DNA of 64,000 nt. Origin: Phoronis australis (lineage: Eukaryota; Animalia; Phoronida). The notes below the pieces were generated by a model. The model was not told the origin of the DNA. It saw nothing but the letters and a program-made list of their open reading frames with translations, and made no database searches. Shown here one piece after another: positions 1 to 13,998 of this stretch; the stretch's first letter is position 1; each line of letters begins with the position of its first letter. Location: the NCBI GenBank assembly GCA_002633005.1, contig NMRA01000001.1:1397755-1461754 (forward strand). The letters are read 5' to 3'. The position numbers and the translations under genes were made by a program.

Positions 1-32
1 CTTTATTACCATATCTAGAATTCACGTGTACA

Positions 33-260
33 TATTACATGGCGAAGTCTAGAGCCCGAGTGGAGTTCGGAGAATTATCGCCCGAGGGGCGTTAGCCCCG
101 AGAGTGATAATTCTCCAAAATCCACGAGGGCTCTAGATAAGGGGGATAACGACTGAGAACATGTAATAATCTATTTATACTACATAATGAACGAGAAACA
201 TTGCAATGAATCGATCTACCTTTCTCAACTCGCCTCGGCTTTGTAACGACTTTCTATGTC
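33..260. mobile_element. Hairpin-containing terminus of a repeat family shared with 19791-21360
   Basis: 141-260 is near-identical to 19791-19910. 33-49 and 105-140 match the reverse complement of 21275-21360. Internal stem ctagagccc..ggagaattatc / gataattctcc..gggctctag. Confidence 0.75.
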
Positions 261-261
261 C

Positions 262-564
262 TCAATCAAATTATCTTGATACTAATCCCAGAGGTAGAAT
301 CCATTGCTACGTGAACAGATTGTGGAAAAGAGAGAGCGCAGTGGCCTTGGCAACTGGAATGTTTCACAATGTATTGTCTTCCAGCAAATAGAGTCTAATA
401 CACGCCTCTTTTAACGTATCCAGTACCTGGCCATGTACTGTACACAATTCAAATGGTGTTCGACATAGTACATGGAGTAGAAGTGTTCGTAAGCAGAAAA
501 GTTCAATGTCCTTCGGACTGGCCGAGTAAACACGACAAATAAAATTCTTACCCCCACTTCCCAT
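262..564 (-). mobile_element. Helitron Rep/helicase fragment (degenerate)
   Basis: RVYSASPKDIELFCLRTLLLHV...TVHGQVLDTLKEACIRLYLLED and QLPRPLRSLFSTI match the Helitron RepHel linker consensus (RxYxVSP..E.F.LRLLL.V...TV.G....F.EAC..LGLLEDD). Confidence 0.8.
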
Positions 565-3500
565 TACGAATATGAAGTTTCGAACCAGTAATCGAGATTT
601 TTAACCAACAATTTACAAAAAGGTATTTCCAATCTTAAGTTGCTTTTTGTGGTAACCAGTACCTGAAAAGAAAAATAATGTAAGATCAAGCACACGTTGG
701 TAGACATTTTCTTATAACAGTTTTCTCCACAACCAGTTTTGACTCCTGTTGCTTCAACAGGTTTCCCGAGGCTCCTGTTAGGTTTGGGTAACGTGCAACA
801 TACTGGCTTTGCTTTTGCCCATAACAAAGAACATTGCCAGATCGAGTCCAGTTACGTCTTTCCCACAGGTTTGTAGCATGACGTCACACATAACAACGTG
901 AAAGCATCACGTGACACATCGTGACAACATGAATGCGATTCTAGATGTGATCAATCTCATGTTTGATAACTTGAAATCTATTTCTTAGAAAATAGGCCAC
1001 GGAACATCTTACTTTGAATATTGGTAGCATACTTTATGGTTACCGTGTTCAGTGCAGTATCATTAGGTATCTAATTAGTTGTTTCCTTTAATGTTTCCCT
1101 GTGGAGGGAGATACTGTGTAACCTACTTTCTGTCTTTGACCTAGTTTTGTAGTTTGACCTGCTTCTGGATTAAAATGGCATCTATCCAACGACGCTATTT
1201 TCAGCAACTCACATTTACAACACGGACCAAAACTTTCAGCCTGTAAAAGAAAAAAAGCCAGGGGATGTTATTCTCTACCAGTTCAATGAGGCAAAGGGTT
1301 AATACAGGCACCAGTTTCAAATTAATTAATGACTGTCACCTCGGTTGTCTTGGGTAAACACCTGACCTGAAGCGGGACACTCCGAACACTTGTTAACAAT
1401 AATTTGAACCCAAAATGCAAACATGCGGTGATCGTCTACTATTTATGACTATAATATTCCACAGCACGACTGACAACATAACGCGCTTAAAAACTCCAAA
1501 ATGAATTATTTTATCGCAAACTATTTTGACCGCCGGGGGTACGTGACGAGCTATGTTGCAGAATAAAACAAGATAGCGATTGCTAATAATGTGATTTTTT
1601 ATGACGTAAGAAAGAAATTTAGAAGACTCTGCAAGATGGACGTGAAAAACGCCATCAGCGCATCACGGCATTTTCCTGTTGCTCCCAACTTGTTGGATTT
1701 TATAGTCCAACAACAAGTTGGGAAGTTTACCCCTGCAGCCAACATCTTACACGACTGATTTACTCCATTCTGACATTTATGGTTGGAGGGCCAGGTGTGT
1801 TTTGTTCGATAATTGCTCTAATCTCCAATAACACCGTATCTACCCTGACTGGGGCTGTGCTGTTAAAAATAAAAGTTAAGTTATAACATATTTGAATATA
1901 AACCAATGGTATTTCTGAAATTTTCGTCAAATGGTGACCATGTTTAGTTTTTGAATCGCCAAAATTGCTCTACTGCAACCGAAGTTACGACAATCTATTC
2001 TTTTCCGAATACACCAATTCAGTTTGACTGTGTTCACACGTGGTCTGTAATAAGCCTGGTAGATAATTGGCCTGCTTGTCATGTCGTGAACACATTCACT
2101 AGCACAAGAAACTGTAGGAACACCGCATTTATCCACCTTCACTCTTATCAGGCTTCTATTGTGAGTCAGCATGCGTGAATAATTGGCTGATAAGCCACCT
2201 CTGGAACTACTTTTGGCTAAATGGATGACCAGGCCATTAAATGATAATTAGCCAAGACCACTTACTAATGCAACAAAGAATAATGTCGTAGCATTACCTA
2301 GCCTTGGTGGAAAGCTGTATAGTGTATTGGCTCTAATAAACGCTTAGAAAAATTCATTTCACGGGGAGGAGATTCTTATTGTAGCCTACGGCAGTTGAAA
2401 GCCGGTTTCCCAAACGGATAAAATCGGAAGCTATAGGATTCATTAAACTTACGCTCTGTGACGTATTTTTAGCCTATGACAGTCTTTCCAGAAAATTGTG
2501 GTGCATTGCTATGAACTTCCGTTGTTAAATTACGATAATTTTTCAAAAAATTGTGCTCATCACAGGGCGAAAACTTGCCGACTGATGCGTCGCTGAATCG
2601 CCATCGTCAATACGAAAACTTGAACTCTTGAATAAAAATATAGTTTCGACTCAACAAATTACCTGAAATCTTCCTTATGTTTTACAATTTTTAAAGTTCA
2701 TGTGGAGTCCAGATTAATTGCGATTAAGACCAAATCTACCCACAACACGAGACAAATCTCTCGATGAACACACATGTTGTTGTCACGTGACGTTTGTTTT
2801 GAAGTTCGTCTGCGTATGAGAGTGAGTGCCGGAGCGTGCGTGTGTGGGTCATCGACGATAGACTTTTTTGTTACTAAAGGCGGAGGATTATGCAGGAAAA
2901 TGGCGTTTATTAGGTTGTTTTTTTCATTTAAACTGCTGCAACGTGCAAGGTGAGTGCTGGTTAACTCACAGATTTTGTTTGCACAGGCCGACGGTCGTTA
3001 GCTCTACCGTGGAGTATTAATAGTCCAAGGCTCGATCTACATGTTGGGGACGACGTGAACTACCCGGGCTGTGTGAAATTTCTGGGTCTAACGGAGACAC
3101 TGACGCAGTGGTCAGCCAGCTCGCTGTATCAAGACTATAGTCAAAATCCAAATTCGTTTAATTGTGTCCCTGTCAATAATAACGGCATGCTAAAGTTTCT
3201 TAATTTTCGTACTTCAGGAACATAAGAATCACGTGTTTTGTACACATACGCGCACGCCGCAGATCACATCTCGGAAATTGCCGATTTGACGGATGACAAT
3301 GAATGAGCACAATGAAATTAAACAACGTCGTTTTATAGCTTGTAAGATTCATAATAAACGTATTTTGAATATTGTAATGCATGTGTTCCAAAATCTAAAT
3401 AACTTGGGTCCTATATTTTTGTATGCGTGCGCGCCGATTGAAAGTAATCGTGAGTGTTGCTGTGTTGCAAAATCTCTTATCCTGGGCCGATTTGAAAAAT

Positions 3501-4149
3501 TCAAAGTTGTACTCATATTTGTTTTCGCTCCTCTTTTCAAATATTACAGTAAAATTACTTAAAACTCTCTTCATAAAAAGTACAGTCTGCTAGCTGGATT
3601 GTAATCAGCTGATCATATCCGCATGAGCGAAGCCAATTATCCTCGCTCGTGACTCGATGAATAGAGCAGCTTGGCGGCATCTCTTTGATCGTGAGCCGAG
3701 CGCGACTCAGCCAAGGTGGATAAATACGGTCTAGTTCAATTTTCCATACCCCACCGTTCACCTTGACAAGCGGGGTTAGGACCAATCTTATTTAGTGGGA
3801 CTGTTTATAGCATGTGTTGTCATAACAAAAGAGTGTGCTTGGCAGTTAACAAAGAAGCTAGATGTTATCACGTCTGGTAAAGTCACTGAACGGGAAAAAC
3901 GCTGTCATGATGTACACAGAAATGCCACTGACAATGGAAGAAAAACATAAGTATCAAGAAAAGCCAGAAGGGCCTAACAGAAAAGACAAACAAAAAGTCT
4001 GAAGGGGCTTACACATAATGAATAAAAGAAAAAATAAAAACAGGCAACCGGGTTAGAAAAATACTGCGAGGTCATGTAGACAGCGGGGTACATGGCTGAA
4101 TGAACTAGACCACGCTATGCTGAACAAAGGAAATATGAGTGACCAATGA

Positions 4150-5740
4150 GGTGCTGGTAGAGGGGTGTATGAATACAAATGGAGAACCCGTAGGATATCA
4201 ATAAAAATGCGTAATGTAAATTAAACCCCAATTAAGGGTTGATATAAAAATGAAAGAGAAAAATGTCAAAATAATGACGATAAAGGCTAGGAGGAACATG
4301 GCACGTGCAAGAACAGAGCCATTAACAGAACCGTGTGCTGAAGGACAGGCGTCGAACAGACAGTGCTGCAAGACTGAGAGCATGCGTTTCTCCGAAGATG
4401 AGGAAAGATTTGAAGCACCTTTGAGGAGCGTTTTGATGAAAAATGAGGCGGTAGTGTCAGGGAGGTTGTCTTGTTTGTGAGAAAAAAAAAACTAATGGCT
4501 TAGTCATACGACTGGATAAATGAGGCCCTAAGACCAGTTTTGAAGAGATGTGAGATGTAGCTATTCAAGTTTTATATTAGTAGTGCTAATGGGCAAGGTA
4601 GGGGGAGAAGTTAGAGGAGAGGTTGAACTGTGAAAAGTTATGGAAGATATACGGGTGTAGGACTGTAGAGTGGAAGGGGTTAGTGAAGCCCTGAACAGTC
4701 TGGCCACGCTTCCAAGAGATGGAGTGTGATCGGAGCTGGATAGGGCTGAGCCAAGAACCCTGAGAAAAGGCAAAATGGAAGTTGAAACGGGAACATGCAT
4801 CAGCAATAACGTTTCTTAGTGAAAAAAGGGATGTGCTTAGCACGAAAATGAACATTAAAGTTAAGAGCGGAGAGGACGAGACGACGAATGAGGGATATAA
4901 TGGGGGTTGCGGGAAGAGGTCTTGTTGATAATGTTGAAGACAACACTGTTGTCACACAGGAAGAGTTTTGAGCCCCATAGCTCACGTGCGATGATAATAG
5001 GTAAGAGTTCCTTGAACGTGAAGTGATGGTGCTGGAGGTGAGCTGGCCAAGGGCTGGTAAATCAGGAAGCCTCAGCGTTGCTGCAAAACCCCCCATTGGT
5101 GACTGCAGCGTCGGAGTACGGTTTGATGGTATCGGAAGTTGTTCAATTCGTCAAATATGAACAGGGTTTTCCCATTGTAGTCTTGGAGGAAAATTGACCA
5201 GACCTTGAAGTCTTCCCTGTTGAGAATGGCGTTGTGGCCTGGCCTAGAAATATCAATGGTGAGGATGATGAGGTGACGGAAGAAGACGCGGCCGCGCACT
5301 GTGACTGAGCAGGCGAAGTTGAGTAGGCCGATTAGTGACAGGAGATCGCGTAGAGTGACTTTCCGGCGCTTCTGTAAGTCAAGAAGGCTGTCCGTAGCCT
5401 TGTCCACCTTGTCCTGCGGGAGAGAAGCAGTCATGGTCGCTGAGTCGAGATGGATGCCATGAATGGTGATTGAGGTGGTTGGTTGAACAGACTTGTCGTG
5501 GTTGATGGGGATGCCAACGGAGCCGCAGAGTGAAATGAATGAGGCGAGGTCCTTAGAACATTTCGGCGGGGAAGGGGAAAACGAAAAAAAAAGTAGTTGA
5601 GGTAGTGATTTATGCCGGCGGTTTCGAGCTTGTGTTCCATAATCCACTGAATCGTTGAACTCGCCTTCTCAAAGATGCTGCAGCAGGAGGTGCAGCCAAA
5701 TGGTAAGCACCTGTCGTAGTAGAAGTTGTTAGCCCAGGAT
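4150..5740 (-). mobile_element. DIRS-type (tyrosine recombinase) retrotransposon relic: RT/RNase H plus recombinase N-terminus
   Basis: FYYDRCLPFG; GIPINHDKSVQPTTSITIHGIHLDS...SLPQDK; TLRDLLSLIGLLNFACSV...GRVFFRHL; FNVHFRAKHIP; ASLTPSTLQSY; ARAMFLLAF. Frameshifts present; boundaries approximate. Confidence 0.85.
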
Positions 5741-5746
5741 ATCTCT

Positions 5747-5853
5747 TCAAGCTATAGGCTATGGGTGACACTAACGCTTCTGACTAGGGTGCCTGAACAG
5801 TAATTATTGGGTCTTGAAAATAGAGACTACAAAAAGTCCAAGAATGCTCAGTT
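5747..5853 (+). repeat. Dispersed repeat, second copy at 49618-49731
   Basis: Shared blocks tcaag.tataggcta.ggt.acactaac..., gtgcctgaacagta, gggtcttgaaa, aagaatgctcagtt. Confidence 0.65.
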
Positions 5854-6199
5854 GTCTTCCAATCCTTGGACAGCACTGAACACGTGAGCTGATCAGTTAA
5901 ACTGGGTCACCTCTCAGGCTATTGGTAAACTCATATAGCCTTACGCTTATTCTAAAATGTGTTACAACTAAGTATCTTCAATACTTCATGTTTGTTTTTT
6001 CCAACGTATCTGAGTGTTGAAACCTTTATGTTTTTACTTTCTTTTGTCATTGATTTATCGGTAGTTTTTCCTCTATACCCATCTTAAGGTCGATCATTAT
6101 CATCTGTTTTTACCATTTAATGTTTTCAAACAAATATGTGTTTTGTATTCACCTACAACAGAACTAATTCGTTTCCTCAGATTAAATTTAGAGGTTGTA

Positions 6200-6815
6200 A
6201 TGTCAAACTATTTTGTTATTGATATCTCTGTAACCTTGCTGGATTAAGGATTTTAAGAAATTTCTATTTCAGTTTGATTTTGAAGAAGCATGGTACAATC
6301 AGGGTGTAGGTTACGAGACACGCTTTATATCAGCAAAAATGGCAAGAAATTTTGAACAATTCGAATAAGCTGGAAACTTACAGAACTTTTAAGTTAAGCA
6401 TATGTTTTGAAAATTATTTAGATGTAATTGACAATGTAAATGTTAAGTCTGATATGGTAAGATTAAGATGTTCAGCGCATGCACTTGTGATTGAAAAGGG
6501 TTGACACTTGAATTTTAGCAGACCAGAAAGATTATGCCCTCTCTATAATATGCCATACGTCGAGTCAGAATATCATTTTGTTACCGAATGTCCATTCTAC
6601 GATGACCTTAGGAAACGGTATTTGCCTGCATGGATCTTCAACAATCCCAGTGTTAGAAAATTCATCAGACTCGTGTCTATGAAGTAAAAAGACCTCGATA
6701 TGTAAATATATTCATTTCGCATTCAAGCGAAGAAGAGGATCATATTGCTGATAGAGTTTGACACTTACTTGTATTGTATTTTATTATAATAAGGGCCGGA
6801 GGCCTAGTTATTAAA
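6200..6815 (+). mobile_element. 3' end of an L2/Crack/Daphne-clade LINE
   Basis: KLETYRTFK..FENYLD..RLRCSAHALVIEKG*..RPERLCPL..VESEYHFVTECPFYDDLRKRYL, followed by an (AT)n tail. Confidence 0.8.
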
Positions 6816-7088
6816 TATATATATATATACAAACATACATGCATATATACATACTTACATATATGTAAGCAAACTTATGATATAATTTTTTTTTGAAATG
6901 GCTCCCCTATTTGTCCATACTACCTTATTCCTTTAACCACTTTTGAATTGTCAATAAGCAACGGTGTATTTATTGTTGAATAAGGCTATCCACTAGGTAC
7001 CTCGAGTTGAAAAGTTTCTCTGGTCTGGCAATGGTTCTCCCTGTATATCCACAGTTCAATTCATCTCGCGGACAAAGAATGAGACATC

Positions 7089-10036
7089 ATGCTGTACAGG
7101 TTCAATTTACTGACTATTGTTCACACAACACCTGCATGGATTACGGAATCATTATTGCCATGTGCCTTCTTTGAACAGGCGATGTGAATGAAAATCCTGG
7201 GCGTGACGACAATATTACATTTAAAATTTTGTTTTCAAACATAAACAGCATCAAATCAAGCAATTTCTCCAGATTCCAACTGTTAAAAAACTTTGTCCTG
7301 TCCAACGATTATCGCCTTTTGTGAAACTTGTAATGTTACCAAAGACGATTTTCATAATGAACTAATTATTCCTGGATATACTGTAGCCTATCAAAGCAAC
7401 TTTGGTCGTGGCATCATCCTGTTCATTAAAACACACTCACATTTAAATTATGTCCTAGCTTAACTTGTCCTCGGTTATACAACGGCTGGATTGAAATTAA
7501 TTTTGGTCACAGAAAAGTTCACTATAGATTGTTTTACCGATCACCTTCTCAGTAGCCAAATGAAAGAAAACACTACTTCAAAGCTCTAGTCGATGAGTTA
7601 GCGGAATTCAACAGGAAAATAGTGGTGATTTTAGAGCCCGAAACTTCACCTGGTGCAATGATGATCATGACAGTAAGGCCGGCGGACTACACTGTTTGAT
7701 ATCTTACTTTCTCATGACTGCGTACAGCATGGCCGACATTTCTCAATCATGTATTATCTCTGCATAACGAATAATTTTGGTATCATTGAATCCTGTTCTG
7801 TACTACCTCTTGTTGGCAATTCTGATCACCACACGGTTGAAGCCATTCTAACACTTAACAAACCGGTTAAAGAACAAGACATCACACGAACCATGTTGAA
7901 ATATGATCAAGTAGACATCGATAAACTACGTCAGGATATCATATCCACAGATTGGGATTCCATACAGGATACTGGCGACGTTGATAGTAGTGTTTCGCTC
8001 TTCACTAGAACTCTTTATGACATTAAAAAACAATATCTCATCAACTAAAAAGGTAATTAAACACAACAGCCAACCATTGTTCAACAATTATATTAAACCG
8101 GCAATCCGCACAAGAAGCAGACTTTACAGCTCGTTCAGAAGATCTAACAACAATGTAATATACAGCAGATACAAGGAGCAGTCACGGCTGGCAAAGACTT
8201 TAGTGAAGCAAGCCAAAACTGATCGCTGCCAAAAGCTTTCTTCGCAAATTAACCGTGTAAGCAAGAACTGCAAAGAATACTGGTATATTATCAATAAAAT
8301 ACACGGCAGTCAACAATAATCCTCTTACCCTGTCAACAACTGCAATGGTAACCTAGTCTCAGGTTTAATAGCCTTTCTGTCTTTCTGAAAGAAACAGGCA
8401 GATTAGCAGATTTTACCCATGAGTAATCCGATGATATCGTGTCCCCATGAGTCATAATCAGGTGATTAGTGTAATGGGCCCGGCCTTGTGGCCTAAACAC
8501 ACCTGATGTACAGCAAAAGGCATCAGGCCACCTGCACTCTTTTTCAACCTCAAGACGTAGTGACAAGTGAGACTTATTTCTCAAAATTTTCACGAACAAA
8601 AGTCACCTTACACGTCAAACTGATGTAGTTAATTTTCCCTTTCTTCATGAACGTCGTCCCAATCAAGTGACTTATATCCTGGCTAATCAAACAGACTCCC
8701 TTTCTTCATGAACGTTGTCCCAATCAAGTGACTTATATCATGGCTAATCAAACACACGTCCGCAAAACTGACCCCAGTAAGAATGATATGACACAACCTT
8801 TATCACCAGCAGAATGATCAAAATGATTGCCAACGAAATCACCATGCCTTTAATCAACCTATTTAAGAAACTTCTTCAACTAGGTAGGTCTATGTATCCG
8901 TATTCTTGGAAACATGGAATTATGATCCCTATACAGAAAAAACTCCAAAACTGAAAGTATCGCCCAACAACTTTACTTAACACCCTATCCAAAATATTCG
9001 AGATCATTGCTCAAAATACTCTTACATTTCTCAAACAAAACAACTTGGTCTATCATCGTAAATTAGGATTTTTGCCTGGAAACAGCACCGTGGCAGAACT
9101 TGTTGAAATAGTGCATGTGATTCATTTAAATTTTGAGAAGGGCGAGAGTGTCATGTACATCTTTCTAGGTATAGCTTCTGCTTTCGACTGTGTCCACCTC
9201 TCTAGATGCAGTCTCTGCTTTCGACTATGTCCCTCGTCACCTTCTACTTCACAAACTTCGATCCTATGGTATTACTGGGAATCTTGTAAGTATGATTACC
9301 TCATAACTCTCTAATCGTGCATACAGAGTTTGTGTCGACGGCTTTCTTTCAACATCATCGCCTCCTGGGATTGTAAACGCAGGTGTACCGTATGGTAGCC
9401 TATTAGGCCCTCTTCTCTTCTTTGTCATGTAGCACATGCCTTTATGCAGATGACACTGCGCTTTTATACCCCTTTGCAGGAGGCAGCCCTGCGAGTTTCT
9501 GCAGTTACAATAGACTTGAATAAATTCATCTATTGGTCACAAGAATGGAGAACGAATTTTAAACCAGAAAAAGCGCTGGCCTCACCGTCTCTAAATCTAA
9601 TAATTCTCTCTTCCTTGTGGACCCATTGTATGACCTTAAATTAATGATGAAATCATTCTTAGAAAACACTCGCACAGACATCTATCTATACTGTTAAATG
9701 AAAAGCTTTTCTTCACACCTTACGTTCGGGACCACGTTCAAAAATTCAGAAATTGTTAATCCACTTAAGCTTGTCTCTCATCCTCTGAATTCTACATACA
9801 TAGAAGTCCTGTTCAAATCATTAATACTTCCTCGCATCGATAATTGTGATATTATTTATCAGTCTGCCAACACTGGTGCACTTCAGCATTTGGAGAAATT
9901 ACAGTATCAAGCTGCCTTACTCATAACTGGAGCTTACAGGGGATGCAATAGTGGTAAGGTTTTGAATAGTCTCAAGTGGCCCAAACTGTCTGCTCGACGC
10001 AATCTTCACATGATTATATTTATTTCAAAGTACTAA
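7089..10036 (+). mobile_element. Degenerate CR1/L2-group LINE ORF2 (APE endonuclease + RT)
   Basis: KILFSNINSIK, FYRSPS, GNSDH, GFLPGNST, IFLGIASAFDCV, AGVPYGSLLGPLLF, YADDT, LEKLQYQAALLITGA. Many stops and frameshifts. Confidence 0.88.
8637..8755 (+). repeat. Two-copy ~61 bp tandem duplication inside the LINE
   Basis: ccctttcttcatgaacgtYgtcccaatcaagtgacttatatcMtggctaatcaaaca occurs twice. Confidence 0.85.
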
Positions 10037-13000
10037 ACAATGTCAACAATGCCTGCGTCAAAATTATTTGATCGGTATGCTAGACAAGGCCATCGCACTG
10101 GTTTGAGATCTTCCAGGATTGTTATAAAAATCCCTCGACCCCCACACCTCACGACCATCTCTATCCAGTCTACACAAGCTCGACTCGATCTAAACATAGA
10201 ACAAACGCTGACTTGCAGGACCAGTGAGTTGGGCCGTGAGCTCGGCTGGTTTTTCATTGTTTTTCTTTCAATTAAGAGAGTCGATTCGGCAAGTTTGAAA
10301 GACAAAAAACTGGAAAAAACAACCCCACCAAATCAAATGAAAGACCCACCAACGTTAAAATGTCGTTCTCGGCAGGGTGTAATCGTCTCGTCTGTTCTTC
10401 TTTGAATGCCAGATTCAACCTTTTTACGGAGAGTGCGAGGAACCGACAACAAAACTGTAATTTCATCACTAGATACAGTTTGAAAAAAAACTGTTAACTA
10501 AGAAGTATTTCAACGTTATATGGAGTATATTGTAAACTAGCATACAAGAGAAAGCTAATAATAAAATGTGAAATTATGTACATTCACGTTAACGTGATTT
10601 CTAAATTATCAATCTTACGTTTAGGGATTTTTGATGAAAATCCTGAACATTGGATACGCGTATGAAGATAGAATTCTAGCAGAACTTTGTGTATGATCAT
10701 AACGTGAAGTCCGCTTTTCTTTGGTCATTACAAGGAATAAATCCTCGACTATATTTCAGCCAGGCGACAAACGTTAAAGGATTCATTAGTAGTAGTGGCA
10801 GTATTTTTGTGAAAACAGCCACACACCGTCTGATCAATTTGCACATATTGTTACTATTATAATCTGTAGTAAAATTTTATGTTATCAACAATTGCTTGGG
10901 GAATGTTTCCTGAATTTTTGTTCTGTTGATATAAATGAAGCACTTTTCATCAGAACTTGGATCGACTTTTGCCGCTTAGTTCTTAGACAATTTCAAGCTA
11001 AGGTTGAATTTCAATTTAAAGTAGAATGTGGTGGAAATGAGGGATTGTATTTCTCCACAAAAATAAGTACTTTTGTACTGTGCACGTGTCATCGAACAAA
11101 ATTCGGTAAAGTTTAGAGCATTTGCACAATGTAGAAAGCTTTTGAATAATTTGGCAGTGCAATGTTTTTGATATGAATGGAAGCATCCTCACTGTATCTC
11201 TTCGTGCATGCATCGAGTACATACCAATCGGGCCGTAATGATTTTAGTACGAATAGTCTTTCTTGATACAGGCCCCTGAGAATGTGAAAACTGACACTTG
11301 CTCTATCTGTAAATATTGATCGATGGACGGTTGAGCGTGGTTTTATCTGCTACTCACGGTGATTTAGTAGTAGGAACGAGATCTTGCCTATCCCAAAAAT
11401 AGTATACTTGGTTATGGTTGTTGTTTTTTTTCAATATTGATGCGGTGATGTGTTTGTTTAGTTGTCCATAGTTTCAAAAACAAAATCATGATGACACCTG
11501 AAATGGTTCGGGATCCTTCTGTTACCCAGCGCCACCTGGTGTCAGCTTTGAGGTGGATGTTTTAAAGTGTATGCAAACCAGAACTAATTGTGCTATTTTT
11601 GGCCTAACATGATGTGTTGTTGGAAGGTGGACCAGAAAGTGTGGAACGTCAAAGAGCAAGGCGTAAGTCGGGTTAGCAGCTGTAAATCTTCAGTTGAACG
11701 AAACCAATGAACTCCTTTTGGTTCACGGTTTTATCACGTGAAATTATTAAAAATAAAACATAAAAAGTGTCCACCCCAATTTCGGTGCATTCGGCCAATT
11801 AAATTTCCAATATACATGTATAACTCAAAGGAAATTGAAAATCCAGCTACTGCTCAAAATCTCATTTTCAATATGCAAAACGAAAATAGAAAATCCAACC
11901 GCTGTTCGATATTGAACCACAAAAACGAATTTCCATTTTATGCCTTGAATCTTGAAAATTAAATTAACGGAATGCACCTTGATTCTCCCAAACGTGAACC
12001 AAAAGATGGCACTGAAAGGGACTTTATGCAGGGGCACCTTGTTGAATAGTATTTGTATTTGAGCAAATGTCACCAAAACTACAGATTATAACTTAAAAGT
12101 ATATAATGAAATTTCTAAATTTTAAAAAAGCCTTTTACTTGATAACAAAATGCCATTGATTATATCATGTGACCATGACTTTATTAAAATTTACCATGGT
12201 AAAACAATGGTGTCGAAAATAAAACCATATTTCGTTGGATATAAATATTGAAGATGGAGTCTAAAAAACGCCGTACTTATAATTATTTGGTTCACATTTG
12301 ATACATTTGATTTTTTTATGAAAATTATAAATGTCTCTTTGATAACCCCTCATGCAACAGAATTACTTAAAAACAATTTTTAAAAGTGTTTTCAAGAGTG
12401 GCGCAAAGTATATGAAAGTGTCATATCAATCCGGTAAGTCATGCATTTCTTAGACATGACGCTTCTAAGTTAGCCAAATTTAGACATGTTCTATAGTCTT
12501 ACAAAACCTTGAGAACAATCTGAGTAACTCGGGACAATCCTATTTGGCTACACAAATTCACACGAGTCGTAGTGTGCGGACACGAAAGAGGCGTGACCGA
12601 TGACAATGAAATGGAAATGGCTAATAGCTTCTTGCCTTCATTTATCTTTATAGATACTCTTTCCACTTCATTTTAGTTAAGAACTTTACGTTTCGTTCTA
12701 GTTAAAAACTCATAAGACGGATTTTAACGCAAGTTAGTTGAAACGAAATTAAAGCTCAAATAATGTTCATTCAATACAACTCAAATATTTTCAAACTTAA
12801 TTGGCTTTTATAAGAGTTTTAGTTTCATTTTTATTTTTGATGGTGCGCCACCACCTAAAATGGCCGCCGTAGTGAGTGTACAAGTAATGACAAGCTTCTA
12901 GCCACTGGCACTATTTCCTCAGTATAATAATGTTTCGAGATACGCGTTCCGCTTCATATTAGTTTGAATCGGATTTTGGCACCAGTTAGTTTTGTCAAAA

Positions 13001-13723
13001 TCTTAAGCACAACTAATGCTCCTTCAACATAACTAAATATATTTTAAACAATGATTTATCTACATCTGAAATACATGCTAAACCAATTTCGGTAAAATAA
13101 ATTTTGTCAATGATGAATAATATCTTAACTCACGTAATGTTATCAAGGATGTTATAATTAGATAAAATTTAACTTGCAAACAGTACATTTATCTAAAAGT
13201 ACTTCAAATGACGGAAGTTACCAGCAAAAAAACTATCGTGACGTAAGGTGCACGTTTGGTGGGACCACCTGCAATATAAAATATGATAGTCATTGTAAAT
13301 CATAGATTAAGCTTATTTCGGATCGTTAGAATATGTTTCGCTTACAAACACGGAAGTCACTTCCTTCAATAACGTTAAAAAATTACTATTATAATAACCT
13401 TTTAAAAAGTTATGTACATTGTCGGCGAGAAAGCTAATTTCATTAAATATTAACCACAAAACGGATTCGCGTTCGTAGACAAACGCTTTGTTGTCTAGCT
13501 AGATTAACGGCACAGTAATTTAAGCTTATTTAACTTGTAAAGTCAATGGTCAACTAATTTCAGCGAATGTCTGGCTGACATCGACCAGAATTGGCGACTT
13601 GTAGTAAAAGCACATAACATAAATTATTGAATTATTAATTTGGTTCTGGTCAAAACTCGGATAATTTTAAAAATGTGTCCCAACCCACAATAATCTCAAA
13701 AATGCGTTTCTCGGCCACTATAT

Positions 13724-13998
13724 TCAACCTGGCGGACTAGATTGGCGCCTGCGCACAACTTTTTTAGAAGATTTACATTTTCCTCCGGACGCGTTACAAA
13801 ATTTACCTGAAACTTTATTTTTGATCTCGTTCGTTTTAGTCATTATTGCGTCAAACTCTTCCGCAGAAAATGTGAAGTCTCCACAAGTCTTGAATCCTTT
13901 AGGGGGTGGAGCCATGGATTCATCGTCACCAACTTTTAATAATAGAGCCATGCCCTCCTCCGCGTGGTCAGCCACATGACAATGAAAATACCACCATC
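13724..13998 (-). CDS. Multicopper oxidase exon 15 (HCH..H....M; last identified exon)
   Basis: [23 protein letters not shown]...[12 protein letters not shown]...TGA. A possible internal donor at 13807/13806 leaves the 3' end uncertain. Confidence 0.9.

Noticed and set aside
11113-11306. Phase-compatible open stretch as a further laccase exon
   Set aside because: It shows no recognisable similarity, no GPI/TM character, and overlaps what looks like a MITE end.
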